This document shows positions 56,675 to 64,000 of a stretch of 64,000 bases of DNA, piece after piece. The stretch lies in NCBI GenBank assembly GCA_000505065.1, contig AWSN01000001.1, positions 487,772-551,771 of the forward strand. Direction: 5' to 3'. The stretch comes from Parcubacteria bacterium RAAC4_OD1_1 (GTDB lineage Bacteria; Patescibacteriota; Minisyncoccia; Phycocordibacterales; UBA9973). Made by a program: the position numbers and the translations under genes. Position 1 is the stretch's first letter; every line of letters begins with the position of its first letter. Below the pieces are notes generated by a model. The model ran no database searches, was not told the origin of the DNA, and worked only from the letters and a program-made list of their open reading frames with translations.

Positions 56675-58504
56675 ATGGGAATTTTTTCATCATTATTTAA
56701 TAAAAAAAACGATAATACAAAGAGTAGCAAAACTCCGATCCTTCCAGATGAGGTCTATAAAGCTGCTGAACTCGAACTCCAAGACATAGTAGCCCCATCA
56801 GCGCTTCAAATAACCCCCAAATCATTAAATTTAGGAGATAAGATAGCCAGAACATTTTTTGTTATCTCATATCCTAGATACCTTACAGATAATTGGTTTT
56901 CTCCGGTTATAAACCTAGATAAAGTTTTTGATGTTTCTATTTTTATACATCCTATTGAAACCGCTGAAATATTAAGATCTTTCCAAAAGAAAGTTGCTGA
57001 AGTGCAAAGTCAGATATCTATCAGGGAATCAAAAGGTTTAGTTCGAGACCCAATGCTAGACACAGCCTATCATGACTTAGAAGAATTGAGGGACAACCTT
57101 ATGCAAGCCCAAGAAAGGATGTTTAATGTGGGCCTTTATATAACGGTCTATGCAGATAATGAAAATGATTTATTTAAAATAGAAAATGAAATTAAATCTA
57201 TTTTGGAATCCAAGCTTGTTTATTTAAAACCTGCTCTTTTCCAACAAGTAGAAGGTTTTAAAAGTGTAATTCCACTCGGTACAGATATGCTTGCTGTTCA
57301 TCAAAAATTAAACACTGAGCCACTTTCTAGTATTTTTCCATTTGTATCTTTTGATCTTACTTCAGATAATGGAATACTTTATGGTGTAAACAGACATAAT
57401 TCTAGTTTGATTATTTTTGACAGATTTTCACTTCCAAACTATAACTCTATTACTTTTGCTACTTCTGGTGCTGGTAAATCATATGCCACTAAACTAGAAA
57501 TTCTTAGAACTTTAATGTTTGACACAGAAGTAATAGTTATAGACCCAGAAAGAGAGTATGAATACCTTGCAGAAGCAGCAGGAGGAAGGTATTTTAATAT
57601 TGCACTTTCTTCAGAACACCATATAAATCCTTTTGATCTACCAATTCCTACCAAAGACGAAACGGGAGCTGATGTTCTTCGAGGGAACATTATAAACCTT
57701 GTCGGTCTTTTTAGAATAATGCTAGGAGGTTTAACACCTGAAGAAGATTCAATAATAGACAGGGCAATAACTGAAACATATGCTTTAAAAGACATTACAG
57801 CAGAATCAAATTTCTCAAATATCGAGCCACCATTATTATCTGATTTTGAAATGGTCCTAGCTGGTATGGAGGGAAGTGAATCATTAATGCAAAGACTCAC
57901 CAAATACACCAAAGGATCTTGGGCATCTTTCTTAAACCAACCATCAAATATAAACATAAATCATAAGTTTATAGTTTTTTCTGTGAGAGATATGGAAGAT
58001 GAGCTCAAACCAATTGCAATGTATATTGTTACACATTATATTTGGAATTCTGTCAGAAAAAATATAAAGAAAAGACTACTTGTGGTAGATGAAGCCTGGT
58101 GGATGATGAAATCAGAAGATACAGCTTCCTTCTTATATTCTATAGCTAAAAGAGGCCGTAAATACTATTTAGGGCTAGCTACAATTACTCAGGATGTGGG
58201 TGACTTTATGAAAAGTAATTATGGTATTCCTATTATTACAAACTCTTCAATACAACTCCTACTAAAACAATCTCCTTCAACAATAGACGCTCTTCAAAAT
58301 ACTTTTAATCTCACAGATGAAGAAAAGTATCTACTTCTTGAAGCAAACACAGGGGAAGGAATATTTTTTGCTGGACTCAAACACGTAGCTGTAAAAGTAA
58401 TCTCTTCTTATACTGAGGACCAAATTATAACATCAGACCCATCTCAAATACTCTCAATTCAAAAAGCCAAAGAAGAGTTTCTTGCCTCAGGTGGCAACAA
58501 ATAA
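56675..58504 (+). CDS. VirB4-like secretion ATPase
   Basis: Walker A ATSGAGKS, IDPEREY, INPFDL, Walker B LVVDEAW, KRGRKY..ITQ. Confidence 0.92.
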   Translation: MGIFSSLFNKKNDNTKSSKTPILPDEVYKAAELELQDIVAPSALQITPKSLNLGDKIARTFFVISYPRYLTDNWFSPVINLDKVFDVSIFIHPIETAEILRSFQKKVAEVQSQISIRESKGLVRDPMLDTAYHDLEELRDNLMQAQERMFNVGLYITVYADNENDLFKIENEIKSILESKLVYLKPALFQQVEGFKSVIPLGTDMLAVHQKLNTEPLSSIFPFVSFDLTSDNGILYGVNRHNSSLIIFDRFSLPNYNSITFATSGAGKSYATKLEILRTLMFDTEVIVIDPEREYEYLAEAAGGRYFNIALSSEHHINPFDLPIPTKDETGADVLRGNIINLVGLFRIMLGGLTPEEDSIIDRAITETYALKDITAESNFSNIEPPLLSDFEMVLAGMEGSESLMQRLTKYTKGSWASFLNQPSNININHKFIVFSVRDMEDELKPIAMYIVTHYIWNSVRKNIKKRLLVVDEAWWMMKSEDTASFLYSIAKRGRKYYLGLATITQDVGDFMKSNYGIPIITNSSIQLLLKQSPSTIDALQNTFNLTDEEKYLLLEANTGEGIFFAGLKHVAVKVISSYTEDQIITSDPSQILSIQKAKEEFLASGGNK

Positions 58505-58548
58505 ATAGGGTTGTTTCATATTCAAAGTTATCATATAATATAAGAGTA

Positions 58549-59544
58549 ATGAGCCTAAAGACAAAAATTTTTTTATTAATTTCTATTATTGTTGGTGTTT
58601 TTACCATATCAAATTTTTCTAACGCAGAACAAGAAATTATGGTTCTTGAAAGTGATATAAATGTAGAAACTATTCCAGAAAACCCAGAACCATATCAAGA
58701 TATCACTATTATACTCAAAAGTTATGCTACTGATTTAAACAAAGCCAAAATAGAGTGGCTTATGGGTTCAAGTGTGGTCCTTTCTGGAATAGGAAAAACC
58801 AAATACTCTTTTACGGCACCAGGTCCAAATGAAACAACAACTTTTAGTGTTTCTATAACTCCACAAAATTCAATATCTAATATCTTAAAAAAAATATCAA
58901 TAAACCCATCAGAAATAGAGCTTATATGGGAAGCAGTAGATAGCTACACCCCTCCTTTCTATAAAGGAAAATCTTTTGCGAGTAGAGAGGGGAAAATAAA
59001 AGTTGTCGCAATCCCAAACACCAATACTATAAAATCTGGAAAGGGGAGTGTCTCATATACTTGGAAATATGGTGAGGGGGAGAACACAGACCAAAATGCT
59101 TCTGGCTATGGTAAGGATTATTTTATAATTAAAAACAAAGCTTTAAATACAAAAGAATATGTAAAAATTATAGCTTCTTCTGTTGATGGTAAATATAATG
59201 CAACAAAGAAAATTGAAATTCCACTGGTAAATTCAAAAATACTTTTTTACAAAAAATCTCCAACAGAAGGAGTGCTTTATAGTGAAGCAATAAAAGATGA
59301 TTCTTATTTAGAGGAAGATGAAATCACCCTCGTCGCAGAACCATACTTTTTTTCTATAGAAAATCCAAAATCAATTGTTTATAACTGGAAAGTAAACAAT
59401 AAAAGCATAGATACACCAAGTAAAAAAACTGAAGTGACTCTTCGTCCCGCTTCTCGAGGTGGGTACGCCACAATAGGGCTCACAATGGAAGATATGAGTG
59501 CCCTTTTTCAAAAAGTTACTAGTAGTATAAAAATAAATTTATAA
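58549..59544 (+). CDS. secreted Ig-like hypothetical protein
   Basis: Signal peptide; LIWEAVDSYTPPFYKGK; AEPYFFS. Confidence 0.7.
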   Translation: MSLKTKIFLLISIIVGVFTISNFSNAEQEIMVLESDINVETIPENPEPYQDITIILKSYATDLNKAKIEWLMGSSVVLSGIGKTKYSFTAPGPNETTTFSVSITPQNSISNILKKISINPSEIELIWEAVDSYTPPFYKGKSFASREGKIKVVAIPNTNTIKSGKGSVSYTWKYGEGENTDQNASGYGKDYFIIKNKALNTKEYVKIIASSVDGKYNATKKIEIPLVNSKILFYKKSPTEGVLYSEAIKDDSYLEEDEITLVAEPYFFSIENPKSIVYNWKVNNKSIDTPSKKTEVTLRPASRGGYATIGLTMEDMSALFQKVTSSIKINL

Positions 59545-59545
59545 A

Positions 59546-60955
59546 ATGAATAAAAAAATATTTTTTAAAATTCTAATATCATCAATTATCGTATTAAATA
59601 CAATAATGCCATTTAATATATCTGTTGCAAATAGTAAAAATATTGAAATAACAGTAAATCCAGATGATACTAATAATTTAGGAATAAATATTGATGGAGT
59701 TTTTAGGGTAAATGAAGAAATTTCTTCTGGTATGGTTATATATTCTATAAGTAAAAACCCTGATGATTATGCAACAAAAACAGTATTTAATGAGGAACTT
59801 AATACTAATGGTAAAGAAAGTAGTGGAATATGGTCATATAGTTTTGGACAAAAATTATATCAATACTCAAATGGTGGAAATGATCTTTTGGGTGTAGTTA
59901 AAGGGGATAAATACTATGCTACCGTAATCATAATAACTTCAGCAACATCACAACATTCTGAATATAAATATGTAAGCAATACAGTTTTGTTTACAGCTGG
60001 AACTCCATCTGAAACTCCTCCACTAGGTGGAGGTCAAATCGAAGATGAACCAATAGACATAGAAACAAGAAATAATATTGGAAATGTAAATTTAAATGAA
60101 TACCAACCTCTTGCTCCAATTCCAGGATTTACAGATGAAACAGTAAGTACTAACAACATAGGCCAATACTTCAATGTTATATTTAAATTTGCAATTGGAC
60201 TTGCTGGGGCACTTGCTGTGATAATGATAATAATAGGTGGAATTCAATATATGGGAGATGAATCAATTTTTGGAAAAACTGAGGCTAAAAAAAGAATTTT
60301 TTCTGCTATACTTGGGCTTCTTATTGCACTTGGCTCGTGGGCAATACTAAACACAATAGATCCAAATTTACTAGGAACTAAAGGATTAAAAGTAAAACAA
60401 GTTAGTTTTGAAATAGTTAACCTTCCAGATGCTGGTGATAATACTATAGACCCAGATTTTAACACTGGTTCTGGTAGTTATTCTGTAGGAACTGTTTCTC
60501 CTAGTGTCGCAAATGCAGTAACAAAATTAAAACAAGGATGGGAAATTGATGCTTTTAGAGTTTACCCTAGCAACAACAGAATGGTAATTTCATTAAAAAA
60601 AGGAAGTGAGGTAGATAATACAAATCTAATAACAATATCTCCAGGAGAAAATGGATATGCTGAAATTGGAAAAGGTGTCGTTAGGGATGGTAAAACACCA
60701 AAGGGTGAATGGAAAATATTGAGCATAAGAAAATCAAAAGATAATCAACCTGTATACAGTGCCGAAGGGGCAAATATGGGAGCAACTTTTTGGTTATTAA
60801 GTCCTACAAATAATGGAGAAAGGGGGATAGGGATGCATGGTAATAAAAATGGGACCTTGGGCGAAACAGCAGGATGTTTAAGATTAACAAATGCAGACCT
60901 ATTAGCATTATTACCATATGTAAAAACAGGAATATCTGTTAATATTAAAGATTAA
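59546..60955 (+). CDS. pilin (TrbC/VirB2-like) fused to a YkuD-like L,D-transpeptidase domain
   Basis: YQPLAPIP...LAVIMIIIGGIQYM...AKKRI..AILGLLIAL.SWAILNTIDP; TPKGEW...GIGMHG...TAGCLRL. Confidence 0.8.
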   Translation: MNKKIFFKILISSIIVLNTIMPFNISVANSKNIEITVNPDDTNNLGINIDGVFRVNEEISSGMVIYSISKNPDDYATKTVFNEELNTNGKESSGIWSYSFGQKLYQYSNGGNDLLGVVKGDKYYATVIIITSATSQHSEYKYVSNTVLFTAGTPSETPPLGGGQIEDEPIDIETRNNIGNVNLNEYQPLAPIPGFTDETVSTNNIGQYFNVIFKFAIGLAGALAVIMIIIGGIQYMGDESIFGKTEAKKRIFSAILGLLIALGSWAILNTIDPNLLGTKGLKVKQVSFEIVNLPDAGDNTIDPDFNTGSGSYSVGTVSPSVANAVTKLKQGWEIDAFRVYPSNNRMVISLKKGSEVDNTNLITISPGENGYAEIGKGVVRDGKTPKGEWKILSIRKSKDNQPVYSAEGANMGATFWLLSPTNNGERGIGMHGNKNGTLGETAGCLRLTNADLLALLPYVKTGISVNIKD

Positions 60956-60958
60956 TCT

Positions 60959-62419
60959 ATGCAATCAACAAATAATAAAAAAATAATATATTTGATAATA
61001 GGGATAGTAATATTATCTGTTGCTCTTGGTTTTTATTTCTTTAAAAATAGAAATACCAACGTAGAAAAAAATGGGGATGATACAAACTATCAAAATTTTA
61101 ATCCATTTGGAAGCGGAAAAGAAACGGATGGAAATAATATAAAAGAAAATGATATAGAAAATACTAGCAATCTAGAAGAAAATTCAAAATTTAAAAAATT
61201 AACTGATTTTGCTGTGGCTGGAATAACAATCTTTGAATACGACAGACCACTTGATGGATCAAAAGTAGTAGAACCAATAAAAATTTTAATTGATTCATCT
61301 ACAAAAGATGGTAAAAAAGAAATTCAGACTTTTTTAAATAAAGAATTAAGTTTAAATCCTGCTCTTAAAATAGATGGAGTATTGGGTAAAGCTTCAATCT
61401 CTGCAATAAAATCATTCCAAAAAACAAAAACACTTCCAGAAACAGGAATGATAGACGAGGAAACAAATAAATATTTTTATAAATTAGATAATTCAAACAT
61501 ACAACAAACAGAAAAAGTAGAAGCTGTTAAATATGTAGAAAAAGCTACTGGACACATATACCAAATAGATTTAGACAAAAACACACAAAACAAAGTTTCA
61601 AATTCTACAATACCTCAAATTAATGAAGTCTTGTTTAGTGATAATGCAAAAAGTATCATTTATAGATATTTATCTGAAGATAAAACAATAAGTTCTTATC
61701 TAGCAACAATGGGGGCAACAAGTGGAAATTTTCTACCTTCAAATATTATTGAAATAGCAACATCACCAACTAAAGATAAGGTTTTTTATCTTGTTAAAAA
61801 TGAAGATGGTGTTTATGGAACTATTAGAAATTTTATAGACGGTAGAACAAATTCATTTTTTAATTCATCTTTTACAGAATGGCTTATAGATTGGGATAGG
61901 GAAGACCAAATACTCCTTACAACAAAGCCATCGTGGTCTGTAAATGGAAGCTTATTTGCTTTAAACATAAACACGGGAACTATGACAAAAATATTGGGTG
62001 GAATAAAAGGATTTACTACCACATCAAACAAAGATAATTCTTTGATTTTATATAGTTCTTCAACAAACAATGGTCCAAAATTAAATATTTTTAATATAGA
62101 CAAACATACATCTCTTGATTTAGACACTTATGGATTAGCAGACAAATGTGTATGGAGTAATGATGGTGTAAATATTTATTGTGCAATTCCTAGTAAAATA
62201 GTAGGAAATGAATATCCAGATGCTTGGTATCAAGGACTTGTTTCTTTTGATGATTTTTTTGTAAAAATAAATAGTGAAACAGGAGAGAAAGAAACCTTAG
62301 CAAATAGTATAAATAAAATAAGCTTAGATGGTGTTAATTTGTTATTAAATAAAGATGAAAGTAAAATCTTTTTTATAAATAAAAAAGATAATACATTTTG
62401 GAGTTTAGATCTTAAATAA
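60959..62419 (+). CDS. membrane-anchored peptidoglycan-binding plus beta-propeller-like protein
   Basis: IQTFLN...IDGVLGKASISAIKSFQK...TG; DKCVWS...YCAIP...PDAWYQG. Confidence 0.75.
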   Translation: MQSTNNKKIIYLIIGIVILSVALGFYFFKNRNTNVEKNGDDTNYQNFNPFGSGKETDGNNIKENDIENTSNLEENSKFKKLTDFAVAGITIFEYDRPLDGSKVVEPIKILIDSSTKDGKKEIQTFLNKELSLNPALKIDGVLGKASISAIKSFQKTKTLPETGMIDEETNKYFYKLDNSNIQQTEKVEAVKYVEKATGHIYQIDLDKNTQNKVSNSTIPQINEVLFSDNAKSIIYRYLSEDKTISSYLATMGATSGNFLPSNIIEIATSPTKDKVFYLVKNEDGVYGTIRNFIDGRTNSFFNSSFTEWLIDWDREDQILLTTKPSWSVNGSLFALNINTGTMTKILGGIKGFTTTSNKDNSLILYSSSTNNGPKLNIFNIDKHTSLDLDTYGLADKCVWSNDGVNIYCAIPSKIVGNEYPDAWYQGLVSFDDFFVKINSETGEKETLANSINKISLDGVNLLLNKDESKIFFINKKDNTFWSLDLK

Positions 62420-62424
62420 ATTTA

Positions 62425-62459
62425 AAAAATAAAACACCCGAATGGGTGTTTTATTTTTT
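62425..62459. terminator. bidirectional terminator
   Basis: AAAAATAAAACACCC-GAAT-GGGTGTTTTATTTTT. Confidence 0.8.
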
Positions 62460-62925
62460 AAATATTATCATTTCCTATATATTTTATTACAACTCTTCTA
62501 TTGGCTCCAAAACCCTCTGATTCAGTTTTTATATCTTTAGCTCCTTCCAAATACATATGTATTATTTTTCTTTCATATGCAGGCATTGGATCAACCTCAA
62601 TATTGCTTTTAAAGTACCTAGCACGTTCTGCCATCATATGTGCTATTGTTTTTAAATTATCAAACTTTTTCTTATTATATCCATTTATATCTATAAATAA
62701 ACCTTGAAAATCCTCATCATCTTTTTCTTTATCTACAATTTTTTGTACTATATGATTAAGTGATTTTAATGTTTCACCTTCTCTCCCTATCATAAATTTT
62801 GAATCTGGTGTCTCAATCATACACCAAAGTATTCCATTGTCTTCTGAAAACTCACAACTAGTTAAAGAACAAGCTGTATGTGTAAAAATTTTCTCAATTA
62901 TATCTTTTATTTTATCTTTATCCAT
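62458..62925 (-). CDS. jag: Jag/EloR-like KH-R3H RNA-binding protein
   Basis: MIGREGETL (KH), PMPAYERKIIH (R3H), TESEG; follows yidC. Confidence 0.88.
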   Translation of the reverse strand: MDKDKIKDIIEKIFTHTACSLTSCEFSEDNGILWCMIETPDSKFMIGREGETLKSLNHIVQKIVDKEKDDEDFQGLFIDINGYNKKKFDNLKTIAHMMAERARYFKSNIEVDPMPAYERKIIHMYLEGAKDIKTESEGFGANRRVVIKYIGNDNI

Positions 62926-62937
62926 AATATATATTTA

Positions 62938-63666
62938 TTAACTATTTTTTAGTTTTCGACGAATATGCCACTCCTGTACAATAGTAAATACATTACTTGT
63001 AATCCAATACAATGCGACCGCCGCAGATGTCTGGTACGCAACAAAAGCAATAAATACAGGGAGTATGTATTTTATATTGGTTTGCATACTGTTTGAAAGT
63101 GCTTCCTGAAAATCTGGTTGTTTTTTTTCTTTTTCCTCGTTTGGTTCTTTATTTTTTAGTGGAATAGAAAGATAGCCTTGAACAAACTGACTGAGCCCAG
63201 TTAATATTGCAAGGGGAATATTCTTACTACTCATTTCTATTAAATTTAAAAATTTGGTATGACTTATTTCTGGAATATTTATAAATGAATAAATCAAGCT
63301 CTGATCTACTGTTATTCCTTTATAAAAAACATAATAAAGAGCAAAAATAACTGGCAATTGAATAAGTATTACCAAACACCCAGAGAATGGGTTTGTTCCA
63401 TATTTTTTATATAAATCAAAAGTTTTTTTAGCTTGTTCTTCTTTATTTGGATAATCTTTTTTAATTTGTTTTAATTCTGGCTCCATCTTTTTCATAAGAA
63501 TTTGACTCCTTATAGACTTTCTTGTAAGGGGGGCGAGAATTAACTTTACAATAATAGTGAGTAATATAATAGCGAAACCAATATCACCAAAAGTGACCTT
63601 ATCCATAATAAAGATAAGGGCATTATATATAGGTTGATAAAAAATTGTAGTCCAAAATGTATGCAT
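62938..63666 (-). CDS. yidC: membrane protein insertase YidC/Oxa1
   Basis: GFAIILLTIIVKLIL.PL, NPFSGCL..LIQLPV, LYWITSN. Confidence 0.95.
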   Translation of the reverse strand: MHTFWTTIFYQPIYNALIFIMDKVTFGDIGFAIILLTIIVKLILAPLTRKSIRSQILMKKMEPELKQIKKDYPNKEEQAKKTFDLYKKYGTNPFSGCLVILIQLPVIFALYYVFYKGITVDQSLIYSFINIPEISHTKFLNLIEMSSKNIPLAILTGLSQFVQGYLSIPLKNKEPNEEKEKKQPDFQEALSNSMQTNIKYILPVFIAFVAYQTSAAVALYWITSNVFTIVQEWHIRRKLKNS

Positions 63667-63709
63667 TTTTCTATTGTATCTTAAAATTCAAAAATACCAA
63701 AATTTATAT

Positions 63710-63916
63710 TCATAAAAGTGGGTCATACCTATTTTTTTGCCAAGGATGACACCTAATAATCCTTTTAATTCCTAAATAAATACCCTTCAAGGAACCATAC
63801 TTTAATATGGCCTCTTTTGTATATTCTGAGCAAGTTGGAATAAAAACACAAGAATAATGTGATTTTAAAGGTATTTTTTGATATATTTTTATTAAAAAAA
63901 CCAGAAAATCTTTCAT
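63710..63916 (-). CDS. yidD: membrane protein insertion efficiency factor
   Basis: CVFIPTCSEY...RIIRCHPW...YDP. Confidence 0.93.
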   Translation of the reverse strand: MKDFLVFLIKIYQKIPLKSHYSCVFIPTCSEYTKEAILKYGSLKGIYLGIKRIIRCHPWQKNRYDPLL

Positions 63917-63918
63917 AA

Positions 63919-64000
63919 TTAAAGCTTTTTTACTTTTTTTAATATTTTTATAATATCATCCTTTAAAATATTAGTTTCAACTAAAACACCGTCTTTTTTA
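63919..64000 (-). CDS. C-terminal end of a CDS, probably the RNase P protein (by synteny only)
   Basis: ...KDGVLVETNILKDDIIKILKKVKKL* directly upstream of yidD. Confidence 0.5.
   Translation of the reverse strand, partial: KKDGVLVETNILKDDIIKILKKVKKL

Noticed and set aside
4614-62707. Numerous 60-170 aa ORFs antisense to or nested in identified genes
   Set aside because: Shadow ORFs arising from codon bias; no independent signals.
1-64000. Alternative genetic code 25 (UGA=Gly)
   Set aside because: Conserved genes are full length under code 11 and several end at TGA (xer, yraN, RAYT2, yidD).

Overview
This is an AT-rich chromosomal segment read with standard code 11. It most likely comes from a Patescibacteria/CPR (Parcubacteria-like) genome, inferred from A-rich starts without Shine-Dalgarno sites, a trigger factor lacking its FKBP domain, and a PrgI/VirB4/pilin cluster. 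It holds tuf plus the S10 ribosomal-protein operon, housekeeping genes (nusA, hppA, tig, clpP, rny, hup, cca, xth, xer, rpsO, pnp, comM, pcrA, rsmA, jag-yidC-yidD), four tRNAs without encoded CCA, a parS cluster, large surface proteins and a 16.6-kb T4SS-like locus. The main signal is a REP/RAYT-like system. Two HUH (Y1) tyrosine transposase genes each have their own short palindrome family, and each carries a copy of that palindrome in-frame in the same loop of its own protein. Family 2 (ACTGTCCAGGCCTTGCCTGGACAGT) is open in all six frames and has spread in-frame into yraN, xer and rsmA. Further orphan palindromes sit inside xer, pcrA and rsmA. Two other signals stand out: a repeated GACG-tetraloop structured element, and promoter-driven small-RNA-like units that are antisense to translation-start-like sequences. 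All family assignments come from motif recognition; no database searches were run.
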